Shown here: positions 20,800 through 30,882 of the stretch, piece after piece
Layout: each line of letters begins with the position of its first letter
Numbering within the stretch: position 1 is the first letter of the stretch
DNA from: Nitrospirota bacterium
GTDB lineage: Bacteria; Nitrospirota; Nitrospiria; Nitrospirales; NS-4
Length of the DNA: 64,000 nt
NCBI GenBank assembly: GCA_963788195.1
Contig: CAWBGA010000002.1
Span: 256,001-320,000, forward strand
Direction of reading: 5' to 3'
Translations under genes and position numbers: made by a program
The notes under the pieces: generated by a model
Databases searched by the model: none
What the model was told of the DNA's origin: nothing
What the model saw: only the letters and a program-made list of their open reading frames with translations

Positions 20800-22920
20800 A
20801 TGGCCAACGCGATGACAAAAACAGGGACTATGGCGGCCGGACCGGACTGGCTAAAGAACGGCGATCTGGTCCTTTCGGTGAGCGTCGTCGGCATCCTCAT
20901 GGTCATGCTGCTTCCGTTGCCGCGATTCGTCCTCGATCTCCTTTTGACTCTCAGCATCACGCTCTCAGTGGTGATTCTACTGGTGTCGATGCATGTTCGC
21001 CGGCCATTAGAGTTCTCCTCCTTTCCATCGATCCTGCTGGTCGGGACACTGCTGCGCTTTGCCCTGAATATCGCCGCGACTCGCCTGATCCTTCTGCACG
21101 GCAACGAAGGGGCGGCGGCCGCGGGCGATGTCATCCTTGCGTTCGGCAATTTCGTCATGGGCGGAAACTACACGGTCGGCATCGTGGTCTTCTCGATTCT
21201 GGTTATTGTGAATTTCGTCGTGATCACGAAAGGCGCAGGCCGCATTGCGGAAGTCGCAGCTCGCTTCACCTTAGACGCCATGCCCGGCAAACAGATGAGC
21301 ATCGACGCGGATCTGAACGCGGGGATGATCGATGAGGGCGAAGCGCGACGCCGTCGCAAAGAAATCGCCGATGAGGCGGATTTCTATGGCGCCATGGATG
21401 GCGCGAGCAAGTTTGTCCGGGGCGATGCGATCGCCGCTGTGATCATCATCCTGGTTAATATTATTGGCGGCCTGACGATCGGTGTGCTTCAGCAGGGTCT
21501 GAGCATCGTGCAGGCTGCCCAAAACTATACCATCCTTACGGTCGGCGAAGGGTTGGTGGCTCAAGTCCCCGCGCTGCTTATGTCCACTGCCTCTGGTTTG
21601 ATCATGACCCGTGCGGCCTCCGAATCGAATCTCGGGGAGCAAATGGCCCGGCAGGTGCTGATGAATCCGAAAACCATCACCACCGCCGCGGTGCTACTGG
21701 GAGCTCTCGGGCTGGTTCCGGGGCTCCCTCATGCGGCTTTCTTATTCCTCGCGGCGCTCCTGGGCGGGCTCAGCTACAAGCTCCGCAAAGAGAAGGCCGC
21801 CGAGGCGCTCACGGAGGCAATGGAACCCATAGCGCTAGAGGGTGCGGCCGCCGCCGGCGCGGCGAAGCCCGGGGAGTCGGAGGCTCCGGCGCCGGTGGAC
21901 TTGATGGAACTGCAGGTGGGGTACGGATTGATCGGCTTGGTGGACGCGGAGCGGGGCGGAGAACTGCTGGAACGGATCAAAGCGATACGTAAGCAAATCG
22001 CCCAGGACTTGGGCTTCATGGCGCCTCCGATTCACATCCGCGACAATCTGCAGCTGCGACCGAACGGCTACACGATCCTGATCAAAGGCGCGGAGGTGGT
22101 ACGGGGCGAAGTCATGACGGGGCACGTGCTCGCAATTGATCCGGGCACCGCGGAGAAAGGTCTCGAAGGCATCGCGACGAAGGAGCCATGCTTTGGGCTG
22201 CCGGCGCTCTGGGTGCCGGATTCCAAGCGCGAGCAGGCCCAGCTCATGGGCTACACCGTCGTCGATCTGGCGTCGGTAATCACCACCCATCTCACGGAGT
22301 TGATCAGAGGGCACGCCCACGAACTCCTCGGCCGTCAGGAAACCCAGGCGCTCCTCGATAGCATGGCCAAGATTGCACCAAAGGTTGTCGAGGAGCTGAT
22401 TCCCCAGACCATTACCCTGGGTGGATTGGTCCGAGTGCTGGGAAATCTTCTGCGCGAACGGGTGCCGATTCGGGACATGCGGACGATCCTTGAGACCGTG
22501 GCCGACTATGCGTCCACGACCAAAGATATCGACATCCTGACCGAACACGTCCGGCAGGCGCTGGCCCGGACAATTACGCACCAGCATCTCGGGGGCGACG
22601 GATCACTGAGCGTGATCAGCTTGGATCCGACGCTGGATCGGCAGTTGTCCGAAGCCATACAGACTCACGGACAAGGCTCATATCTCTCGATCGCGCCCAG
22701 CCTCGCCCAACGGGTGCAGGCAGCGATCAAGCAGGCGGCCGAGCGCGCGATCGGGCGCGGGGTGCAGCCGGTGCTGCTGTGCTCGCCGCCGTTACGCCCG
22801 TACCTGCGGCGTTTGATCGAGCGGGGACTCTCATCGCTCCCCGTGTTGTCACTCAATGAAGTGGAGGGACAGGTGCGCTTGCAGTCCCTCGAGATGGTGA
22901 AGGTGACCGATGCAAATTAA
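20800..22920 (+). CDS. flhA: Export apparatus protein FlhA
   Basis: RIAEVAARFTLDAMPGKQMSIDADL, FYGAMDGASKFVRGDA. Confidence 0.98.
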   Translation: MANAMTKTGTMAAGPDWLKNGDLVLSVSVVGILMVMLLPLPRFVLDLLLTLSITLSVVILLVSMHVRRPLEFSSFPSILLVGTLLRFALNIAATRLILLHGNEGAAAAGDVILAFGNFVMGGNYTVGIVVFSILVIVNFVVITKGAGRIAEVAARFTLDAMPGKQMSIDADLNAGMIDEGEARRRRKEIADEADFYGAMDGASKFVRGDAIAAVIIILVNIIGGLTIGVLQQGLSIVQAAQNYTILTVGEGLVAQVPALLMSTASGLIMTRAASESNLGEQMARQVLMNPKTITTAAVLLGALGLVPGLPHAAFLFLAALLGGLSYKLRKEKAAEALTEAMEPIALEGAAAAGAAKPGESEAPAPVDLMELQVGYGLIGLVDAERGGELLERIKAIRKQIAQDLGFMAPPIHIRDNLQLRPNGYTILIKGAEVVRGEVMTGHVLAIDPGTAEKGLEGIATKEPCFGLPALWVPDSKREQAQLMGYTVVDLASVITTHLTELIRGHAHELLGRQETQALLDSMAKIAPKVVEELIPQTITLGGLVRVLGNLLRERVPIRDMRTILETVADYASTTKDIDILTEHVRQALARTITHQHLGGDGSLSVISLDPTLDRQLSEAIQTHGQGSYLSIAPSLAQRVQAAIKQAAERAIGRGVQPVLLCSPPLRPYLRRLIERGLSSLPVLSLNEVEGQVRLQSLEMVKVTDAN

Positions 22921-24496
22921 GACGTTTCGCGCGCTGGACATGAGAGAAGCTTTACGGGCCGTGAAAGAAGAGCTGGGCCCTGCCGCTGTGATCCTTTCAA
23001 CGCAGGAGGTGAAGTGCGCCAGCGGCGCTTTTGGCCTCTTCAGCCGGGCGCTGGTGGAGGTGACTGCTGCTGTGGATCGGGAAGGAGCGGATTCAGCAAG
23101 GACGCGTTCCTCGGGAAAAGAGCCTGCTGCGGCAGGTTCCGGTTATGGGCAAGGGACGCGTCCCGGCGCGTCCGGGGCGGGTGGGCGGCCTGCGGAAGGC
23201 GGCCGTTCTGACGAAAGGCCGCGCGGGTTGACAGAAGCGATTCTGTCACATGGAAGGCTGGTGCGAGGCTGGGAGAATCTCCAGAAGGGTCGACAGGAGC
23301 CTGCACGCTTAAATTCATCCTTCTCTGAGCATATGCAGAGCGCCGACGGGGTTGAGGCGATCCGGGAAGACCTCGCGCAGATCAGAGAAGAGCTAAGGGA
23401 TCTTCGCCGCTTGTCTGTGCCGGCATCCGGCGACCGCGAAGGCTGGACGGCATTTGAAGAAGATCTGCGGGGAGTCCGACGCCTGGTGGGGACCCTGGTG
23501 AAAAACGACCGGGATCTCTTTGTTGAGCAGATGACCACGCCGCTCAAAGCCGCCTATGACTGGCTGCTCGATACGGGGTTGGCTGTTGATGTGGTCTTCA
23601 ACGTGATTCAGCAACTACATGTTGACCTGCCACTGGAAGATCAGCAACTGACCCAGAGGTTGCGGGCGTCTCTCCTCGCTCTTATCGCCAGGGAGGTAAG
23701 GATCTCCGGCCCGTTACTGGCAGAGGACGGAACATCGAAGGCCGTCATGCTTGTCGGGCCCAGCGGAGTAGGCAAGACGACGACCATTGCGAAGCTCGCC
23801 GCCCTCTACGCGCTCCAGCAGAAACGCAAGGTCGCGCTGATCACCTTGGATACCTATCGCGTCGCCGCGGTCGAGCAGTTACGGGTCTACGGCACGATCC
23901 TGAAGCTCTCCGTCGATGTGGCCCTGACCTGTGAAGACCTGGCCGGGCTGCTTCGAATGCGCAGGTCGGCCGATCTGATTCTTATTGATACGGCGGGACG
24001 AAGCCCTCTGGATCAAGCCGCGATGCGCGAGCTCAAAAAACTCGTCGGGCCCAATCGCGAGGTGGAGGCCCATCTGCTGCTGTCGGCGGCCACTCGTGAA
24101 GCGGATCTGACCGTCGTCTTAGACCGTTTCATGACATTGCCGGTGAAAAGCTTGATCTTCTCCAAGCTTGACGAAACGACGCAATACGGAAGCCTCTTTA
24201 ATGTGCTTCAACGGACAGGCCTGCCGCTTTCTTACCTCAGCACAGGGCAGCGGGTGCCGGAAGACCTTGAAGTCGCGACCCCTGAGCTTCTCGCCGAGGT
24301 GCTGTTGGAGGGAATCACGGCAGTGAAGAAAGTCCCACCCGGGGTCCAGGCTCTCTCCGGGTACACACCGAACGTTCCTGTGGAAACAATAAAAAACGTC
24401 CCGATGGTTGCTCAAGAACCGGCGCCTCAAAGAAATCTTCTGGGAGCGCTCGGCTGGGCTCTTGGCCGTCGCTCCGGCAAAAAAAGCACTGAGTAA
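22910..24496 (+). CDS. flhF: SRP-family GTPase FlhF
   Basis: MQIKTF..ELGPAAVIL, GPSGVGKTTT, DTYR, DTAGR, SKLDE, GQRVPEDL. Confidence 0.95.
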   Translation: MQIKTFRALDMREALRAVKEELGPAAVILSTQEVKCASGAFGLFSRALVEVTAAVDREGADSARTRSSGKEPAAAGSGYGQGTRPGASGAGGRPAEGGRSDERPRGLTEAILSHGRLVRGWENLQKGRQEPARLNSSFSEHMQSADGVEAIREDLAQIREELRDLRRLSVPASGDREGWTAFEEDLRGVRRLVGTLVKNDRDLFVEQMTTPLKAAYDWLLDTGLAVDVVFNVIQQLHVDLPLEDQQLTQRLRASLLALIAREVRISGPLLAEDGTSKAVMLVGPSGVGKTTTIAKLAALYALQQKRKVALITLDTYRVAAVEQLRVYGTILKLSVDVALTCEDLAGLLRMRRSADLILIDTAGRSPLDQAAMRELKKLVGPNREVEAHLLLSAATREADLTVVLDRFMTLPVKSLIFSKLDETTQYGSLFNVLQRTGLPLSYLSTGQRVPEDLEVATPELLAEVLLEGITAVKKVPPGVQALSGYTPNVPVETIKNVPMVAQEPAPQRNLLGALGWALGRRSGKKSTE

Positions 24497-24508
24497 AGAG
24501 GAGAGCGA

Positions 24509-25372
24509 ATGGATCAGACAACGACCTTGCGACAAGCCGTGGCCATGAAAGCACCCGGCCATTCCATCCGCGTCGTGGCCGTCACAAGCGGGAAGGGAGG
24601 GGTCGGTAAAACGAACGTCACCGCGAATCTGGCGGTGGCGCTCGCGCATCTCGGGCGGCGGGTGATGGTGCTTGATGCCGACCTGGGACTGGGCAATCTC
24701 GACGTCCTCCTGGGACTGACACCCCGGTACAGTCTTGCGGACGTGCTGACCGGACAACGGCGTCTCCGCGATGTGCTGGTTTCGGGTCCCGGCGGAATCA
24801 CCGTCCTTCCGGCCGGCTCCGGGTTCCAGAATCTCACGGCCTTGACCGACCCCCAGATGCGCGAACTGCAGTCGGAGATGGACGACCTGCAGGAGCAGAC
24901 GGACGTGCTGTTGATCGACACGGGCGCAGGGATCGGCCGCAACGTCACGTCGTTCGCTACCATGGCGCAGGACATCATCGTGGTGGTGGCGCCGGAACCT
25001 ACCTCTCTCACCGACGCGTACGCGCTCATGAAAGTTCTGTCCACGCAACACAGCGAACGGCGGTTCCGTTTGCTGGTCAGTATGACCCGGACTCCGACCG
25101 ACGGTCGGGATGTCTATCGCAAGCTCAGTCTCGTCGCCGAGCGGTTTCTTCATATCTCAATCGATTTTCTCGGAAGCATTCCCTATGACCATCGCTTAGT
25201 CGAAGCCGTGTGCCAACAACGGCCGTTGGTCGAGTTGTACCCCCAGTCGAAGGCCGCCCAGGCATTCCTCGGCCTTGCGCACGATGTCGCCGATTGGCCT
25301 CTGCCCGAGAGCCCCAAAGGCGGCCTGCAGTTTTTCTGGAAAAGTCTATTGAGGAAGGATCAGCCAATATGA
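24509..25372 (+). CDS. flhG: MinD-like ATPase FlhG/FleN
   Basis: SGKGGVGKT, DADLGLGN, DTGAG, EPTSLTDAYA; follows flhF. Confidence 0.94.
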   Translation: MDQTTTLRQAVAMKAPGHSIRVVAVTSGKGGVGKTNVTANLAVALAHLGRRVMVLDADLGLGNLDVLLGLTPRYSLADVLTGQRRLRDVLVSGPGGITVLPAGSGFQNLTALTDPQMRELQSEMDDLQEQTDVLLIDTGAGIGRNVTSFATMAQDIIVVVAPEPTSLTDAYALMKVLSTQHSERRFRLLVSMTRTPTDGRDVYRKLSLVAERFLHISIDFLGSIPYDHRLVEAVCQQRPLVELYPQSKAAQAFLGLAHDVADWPLPESPKGGLQFFWKSLLRKDQPI

Positions 25373-26121
25373 TGATCGTCGGAAACACTGCCAAATCACC
25401 GGCGGCCCGGCAGGCCTATGAGGAACGCAGGGAGGCGCTGATCAAGGAATTCGCGCCCACGATTAAATACCTCGCGTCACGGCTAGCGGTTCGGCTTCCA
25501 TCGTATCTCGACGCCGAGGACCTCTTCAGCGTCGGCCTGATCGGATTGCTGAATGCCTTCGATCGGTACGATCCGACGCGCGAGGCGAAATTTAAAACGT
25601 ATGCCGAGTACCGAATCCGCGGAGCGATGCTCGATGAAATCCGATCCATGGATTGGATCCCGCGCTCGGTGCGCGACCGGATCACGCTGCTCCAGCGCAC
25701 CTGTGATGGACTCCAGAAGCAACATGGCCGGCCGCCGACGGAGGAGGAAATCGGAGAGGCGATGGGTCTCAACCAGGAACAGTTCACTGATTTTGTGGTC
25801 CGTTCGCAGGGCGCGTTTGTCCTGAGTCTTGACGATCTCCAGAGTCAGGAGCCGGAGCCACGCACATTGCTCCAGTGCATGGGCGATCCCTCTGCGAAGG
25901 ATCCCTTGATCGAGTTGGTCAGCGCTTCTAAACGGAAACAACTGGCAGAGGCGATAGAGGCGCTTCCCCATAAGGAGCGGATGGTCTTGACGTTCTACTA
26001 CTATGAAGAGCTCACCATGAAAGAGATCGGCAAAGCGCTCTCGGTCACGGAATCGCGGGTGTCCCAACTGCACAGCCAGGCGTTAATTCGATTGAAAGGG
26101 TCGTTGAAGATTGAAGTGTAG
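25369..26121 (+). CDS. fliA: Flagellar sigma factor sigma28 (FliA)
   Basis: RIRGAMLDEIRSMDWIPRSVR, YYYEELTMKEIG..VTESRVSQLH; start ATG 25369. Confidence 0.96.
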   Translation: MMIVGNTAKSPAARQAYEERREALIKEFAPTIKYLASRLAVRLPSYLDAEDLFSVGLIGLLNAFDRYDPTREAKFKTYAEYRIRGAMLDEIRSMDWIPRSVRDRITLLQRTCDGLQKQHGRPPTEEEIGEAMGLNQEQFTDFVVRSQGAFVLSLDDLQSQEPEPRTLLQCMGDPSAKDPLIELVSASKRKQLAEAIEALPHKERMVLTFYYYEELTMKEIGKALSVTESRVSQLHSQALIRLKGSLKIEV

Positions 26122-26152
26122 TGAGACATACGCGTCCGTATTGAGTCAAAAC

Positions 26153-26181
26153 TTGAATTAGATAATATCTAGTTATATTGT
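26153..26181 (+). promoter_or_regulatory. Candidate sigma70 promoter with a palindromic operator in the spacer
   Basis: TTGAAT-N17-TATTGT; spacer contains TAGATA-A-TATCTA (26159-26171). Confidence 0.45.
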
Positions 26182-26306
26182 CCTAATATAGAACGCCTAC
26201 ATCTTGTCAGCCTCCATCAAAACAACCAGACTTATGGCCATTTCAAAACTCATTGAATCCCTTGAAAGGCCAGTAAAATTTGGGAAGGAACAGGTGAACG
26301 CACAGC

Positions 26307-28370
26307 ATGAGCAGTAAGAAACCTGTGGACCAAGGAACGCCTGCAGCCGTCGTACCCGAGCATGAACTCGAACACGATACGGAAGTCAGCCTTGCGGCTA
26401 TGACGAAACAACTGTGGGAGCGGTTCGAAAATACGATGCTTGAGCGTATCGCCGTGCTGGAGCGGGCTGCCACGGCCGTCCTAGAAGAGGCGCTTGATCA
26501 GGGCTTGCGACGTCAAGCGGAACGGGAAGCGCATAAGCTCGCCGCTTCACTGGGGATCTATGGTTATCCGCTCGGCACGGACTTGGCTCGTGAGATCGAA
26601 GAGCTATTGCATGGCGATGACCTCGTGCAACCGGAGCAGGCGCTCCGACTGTCCCAATTGGTGGTTGCCTTACGGCCTCACCTTGACCAGTCTTCCGCTG
26701 AAAAACGATTGCTGACCCCGGGCCCTACGCAGCGCATGCTGATGATTAGTGACGATGCCGAATTGGCTAAGCGTGTTGCCATCGATTCCGCGGCTCGCGG
26801 ATTGCAGGTTCAGCGAACGACGATCTTCGGCCTTGAACAGAGCCTCGAGATGCGGCCAACCATTATCCTAATTGACGTGAAGGTTTCCCATAGCCCTGCA
26901 CATGCCCTCGCCACCGTGGCGGCCCGATGGCCCGAGGTCCCGCTGGTGGTGCTAGCTCTTCAGGATTCCCTAGTGGATCGGGTTGGAGTAGCGCGGTGGG
27001 CAAGCCAGGCGTTTCTGCAGAAACCGGCCACATCCCAGCAAATCGTAGAACTCACGGCACAAATTCTACAAAACGCAGAAGCCGATAGGGCGAAGATCTT
27101 GGTGGTAGAGAACGACCCTCTCGTCCTGGCTGCGCTGGACATGTTTCTTCGGCCGCCGCGGTTTACGGTTGTCGCCCACGGCGATGCGCTCACCTTTTGG
27201 GAGGCGTTAGAAAAAACGTCGCCGGATCTGTTGATCCTGGATATCGACATGCCTGGTCTGAGCGGCATGGAGCTGTGCCATATGGTGCGAAACGATCCCC
27301 GTTGGTCCGCATTGCCTATTCTGTGTCTCACTGCACACACGGATTCAGTATCAGTTCACAAGATCTTCGCTGTCAGGGCTGATGATTATATTCCGAAACC
27401 TTTTGCCGGCCCCGAACTTCTGGCGCGCATTCGAAATCGGTTAGAGCGCATGCGGATGAAGACCAGCCTGGTCGAGACCGATTCCCTTACCGGCGTGGCC
27501 ACGCGGACCAAATCGGAAGGGGTGGTGACCCGATTGCTGAAACTGGCCGATCGGCATCATCAGCCAATCAGTTTGGCCGTTTTGAACATAGACAAATTGA
27601 AGCTGATTAACACCCGCGAAGGGCATGCCATCGGGGATGCGGTGTTGAGGACGTTGGGGCAGATCCTGCTGAGTTCCTTCCGGGGAGAAGATATCGTCGC
27701 GCGATGGGCCGGCGAGGAGTTTGTAGCGGTGATGTACGGCATGACACGGAGCGACGGGGTGCACCGCCTTGACCAGATTCTGGCCGCATTTCAGAAAAAG
27801 GGATTTCCCGCCGAGAAAGGAGCCGCATTTGTGGCTACGTTCAGTGCGGGGGTTGCCGAGTATCCGGTCGATGGATCCACTCTGCAGGAATTATATCGCG
27901 CCGCTAGCGACGCGCTGTGCCATGCCCAAGCAGCGGGAAGAAATCGGGTGCTCCCCGCCGGCTGGCAGGGCGATCAGGCGCCGGTCGTCAAGCAAGTAGA
28001 TGTCGTGCTGGTTGACGATGATGAGGCCCTCACTGCGCTTTTATCCCATACACTCAAAATTCGCGGCTATACCACCCACTGCCTAACGGATGGCCAGGCC
28101 GCTGTCGAGGCAATGTGCGGGCGCGAGCCGCGTCTGAAGGCTAAAGTCATTTTGCTGGACGTGAGTCTGCCCGGCCTGGATGGATTTGGGGTGTTAAGAC
28201 AGCTGGCCAGCGATCAAATCCTGCGTCGCACCAAGGTGATCGTACTGACCGCCCGTGCACTCGAAACGGAGGTGCTGAAGGCCCTCGAGCTTGGGGCGTT
28301 TGACCATCTCGCTAAACCTTTCAGCATGCCGGTGTTAATGCAGCTTGTGCGTCGGGCGATTGAGCTATGA
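26307..28370 (+). CDS. Multidomain regulator Hpt-REC-REC-GGDEF(variant AGEEF)-REC
   Basis: Hpt AHKLAASLG; REC LLILDIDMP; DSLTG; RGEDIVARWAGEEF; terminal REC VDDDE..LLDVSLP..AKPF. Confidence 0.88.
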   Translation: MSSKKPVDQGTPAAVVPEHELEHDTEVSLAAMTKQLWERFENTMLERIAVLERAATAVLEEALDQGLRRQAEREAHKLAASLGIYGYPLGTDLAREIEELLHGDDLVQPEQALRLSQLVVALRPHLDQSSAEKRLLTPGPTQRMLMISDDAELAKRVAIDSAARGLQVQRTTIFGLEQSLEMRPTIILIDVKVSHSPAHALATVAARWPEVPLVVLALQDSLVDRVGVARWASQAFLQKPATSQQIVELTAQILQNAEADRAKILVVENDPLVLAALDMFLRPPRFTVVAHGDALTFWEALEKTSPDLLILDIDMPGLSGMELCHMVRNDPRWSALPILCLTAHTDSVSVHKIFAVRADDYIPKPFAGPELLARIRNRLERMRMKTSLVETDSLTGVATRTKSEGVVTRLLKLADRHHQPISLAVLNIDKLKLINTREGHAIGDAVLRTLGQILLSSFRGEDIVARWAGEEFVAVMYGMTRSDGVHRLDQILAAFQKKGFPAEKGAAFVATFSAGVAEYPVDGSTLQELYRAASDALCHAQAAGRNRVLPAGWQGDQAPVVKQVDVVLVDDDEALTALLSHTLKIRGYTTHCLTDGQAAVEAMCGREPRLKAKVILLDVSLPGLDGFGVLRQLASDQILRRTKVIVLTARALETEVLKALELGAFDHLAKPFSMPVLMQLVRRAIEL

Positions 28371-29440
28371 GTATTTCTTCTGGCTTCCTTGCTGACATGC
28401 TCCGCGCCATCGTGGTCGTTGAGGGAATCTTTATTCTGCTCGGCGTCGCGCTCGTCGTGGGACACGGGCTCTGGCTTTGGCGCGAGAGAAAACGAAGCAA
28501 GCGCCTACTTGCCATAGCCCATGTAAGATTGGCATCGCTACTTGAAGAAGAGATGCCGCGCACAGGATACCAACAGTTTGAACACCTTCCTGCGAGGCTG
28601 CAGTTACGGTTGCTAGCCGAGATCCTTCCCAGTCTCAGCGGCGCTCAACGCGAGAGGCTTTCCGGACTTGCTATCGGGCTGGGGCTTGTAAGACGGGCGT
28701 TCAAGCAGTGCCGCAGTCGGTGGTGGTGGCGACGGCTTCGCGGCGCGCGCTTCTGCACTGCGTTGGGGTATCCCCACGCCATGATCCTGACGCTGTTGAC
28801 CGATGCTCACCCCATCGTCAGGGCTCAGGCTGCGGAATGGGCCTCTGAGTGTCCATCACCCCTTCTCATTACACATCTGTTGGACTTGCTTCGTGATGAA
28901 GCGACTTTGTGCTACTACACCGCGCAAGACTCCCTCCTTCGCATGGGAGTTCCCGTAATAGAGCCGTTAATCGATTACCTCTCGAGCCATTCTGAGCAGG
29001 CCTCTCTCGAGCCGGCGCTGACCGTCGCGCTGGGCCTGTCTGCGCCTGAATTCCTGCCGGTCGCGCTCACTCTGACCGGTCATGAGTCTCTGACGGTGCG
29101 CTTGCGGGCCGTCGCCTTACTCGGAGCACTCGGCGGAAAGGATGTCGTGAATGCGTTAATCGAACGGCTCGATGATGTTGCTCCGGAAGTCCGAACGGAG
29201 GCCGCTCGGGCGTTGGGTGCCCTCGGCCATTGGCCGGCGGCCAGCCGTCTGGCTACAGCGCTCCGGGATCAGGAATGGACCGTGAGGCGGGAGTCAGCCT
29301 TGGCGTTGCGCGCCGTGGGCGCTCCGGGCATTTTGTTTCTGCGCCGGGCGCTCTCCGAAAAAGACGGCTTCGCCTCGGACATGGCCAGACAGGTCCTGGA
29401 TATACCGGAGACGACGGCGCTCTTGCCGTCGGCCTCATAA
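28367..29440 (+). CDS. Membrane-anchored HEAT-repeat protein
   Basis: N-terminal TM helix; repeats LLTDAHPIVRAQAA, LDDVAPEVRTEAARALG, LRDQEWTVRRESALAL. Confidence 0.88.
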   Translation: MSISSGFLADMLRAIVVVEGIFILLGVALVVGHGLWLWRERKRSKRLLAIAHVRLASLLEEEMPRTGYQQFEHLPARLQLRLLAEILPSLSGAQRERLSGLAIGLGLVRRAFKQCRSRWWWRRLRGARFCTALGYPHAMILTLLTDAHPIVRAQAAEWASECPSPLLITHLLDLLRDEATLCYYTAQDSLLRMGVPVIEPLIDYLSSHSEQASLEPALTVALGLSAPEFLPVALTLTGHESLTVRLRAVALLGALGGKDVVNALIERLDDVAPEVRTEAARALGALGHWPAASRLATALRDQEWTVRRESALALRAVGAPGILFLRRALSEKDGFASDMARQVLDIPETTALLPSAS

Positions 29441-30882
29441 TGTCTACAGCGCTTATTGAGGGCTGGCTGGTTTTTCTCAACTGGGGAATCCTGATTTATT
29501 TCTTGGCGATTAATGGTTTTTATGGTGTGTTGCTGCTCAGCGCGGCCTGGGAAATTCGGCGGCACGTTCTGACCATCAGAGGTGAAAGTCGCTGGAAACT
29601 ATTAAGCTCTCGCGTCGTGCCGTCCATTACCGTGTTAGCGCCGGCCCACAATGAGGCCTCGACGATTGCCGAAAGCGTGCGGGCGCTGCTTGGCCTGTAC
29701 TATCCGAATTTGGAAGTCATCGTTATCAACGATGGGTCCAGTGATCAGACGATAGAGGTGCTGCAGCGGGAATTTGACCTCATTCCAATCCATTCAATTT
29801 TTCACCGCCGCCTACAAACCAGGACCATCAAGCAATTATATCGCTCGCAGAGCCATCCCAGTCTATTGGTCGCCGATAAGGAAAAGGGTGGCAAGGCGGA
29901 CGCACTGAATGCCGGACTCAATCTGGCAACCGGCGATCTGGTCTGCGCGATCGACGCGGATACGATGATCGAGCCGGATGCTCTGCAACGTATGGTGCGG
30001 CCCTTCTTGACGGGGCATGACGTGGTGGCCGCGGGAGGAACGATTCGGGTCGTCAATGGATCCTCTGTTTTGCGAGGCCGGGTCGTCAAATGTCGAGTCC
30101 CGCCTCGGCCGCTGGCAGGCATGCAGCATGTAGAGTACCTCCGGGCATTCCTTTTTGGTAGGCTCGGGTGGAATTCACTAGGTGGAAATATGATCATCTC
30201 AGGCGCCTTCGGGCTCTTCAAGCGGCAGGCAGTCATGGCTGTTGGGGGCTATACGAGAGCCACCGTCGCCGAGGACATGGAAATAGTAGTGAAGATAAGG
30301 CGCCTTGGATACGAACAGGGCAACGTTCAGCGAATAGAATTCATTCCCGATCCAGTCGCGTGGACCGAGGTGCCCGAGTCGTTCCTTAACCTCGGCCGAC
30401 AACGGGACCGATGGCACCGAGGTCTTGCCAATGTTCTGTGGCGTCACCGCGGACTTTTGCTGAATCGGCGCTACGGCGTCCTGGGCCTGGTGGTCTATCC
30501 ATACTTTGTGTTTATTGAATTCCTCGCGCCCGTGGTAGAGGCCACCGGTCTTCTCGCGGTGGGAGTCGGTCTTCTGCTCGGCGCCGTGGACATACAGTTT
30601 GCCATCTTGTTCTGCTGCGTTGCCTACGGCTTTGGCCTGATTTTAACCATCGCAACATTGGCAATGGATGAGGTGATCTATCGGCGTTCGGAGACGCTCT
30701 CCGATCGCTTGCTGTTATTGGCCTGGACTCTCTTGGAGCCGATCGGTTACCGGCAATGCACCGTCTACTGGCGTCTGCGTGGGTTGCTGAAGTTTTTTCA
30801 AGGACGGACCGATTGGGGAGTGATGGATCGCCGAGGATTCACGCGATCGCCGGCGGAAGTTCAAAGTCATTCACAGACGTGA
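29440..30882 (+). CDS. Processive GT2 glycosyltransferase (PgaC/IcaA-like synthase)
   Basis: PAHNE, INDGSSD, GGKADALN, IDAD, AEDM, QRDRW; N- and C-terminal TM helices; start ATG 29440. Confidence 0.92.
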   Translation: MSTALIEGWLVFLNWGILIYFLAINGFYGVLLLSAAWEIRRHVLTIRGESRWKLLSSRVVPSITVLAPAHNEASTIAESVRALLGLYYPNLEVIVINDGSSDQTIEVLQREFDLIPIHSIFHRRLQTRTIKQLYRSQSHPSLLVADKEKGGKADALNAGLNLATGDLVCAIDADTMIEPDALQRMVRPFLTGHDVVAAGGTIRVVNGSSVLRGRVVKCRVPPRPLAGMQHVEYLRAFLFGRLGWNSLGGNMIISGAFGLFKRQAVMAVGGYTRATVAEDMEIVVKIRRLGYEQGNVQRIEFIPDPVAWTEVPESFLNLGRQRDRWHRGLANVLWRHRGLLLNRRYGVLGLVVYPYFVFIEFLAPVVEATGLLAVGVGLLLGAVDIQFAILFCCVAYGFGLILTIATLAMDEVIYRRSETLSDRLLLLAWTLLEPIGYRQCTVYWRLRGLLKFFQGRTDWGVMDRRGFTRSPAEVQSHSQT

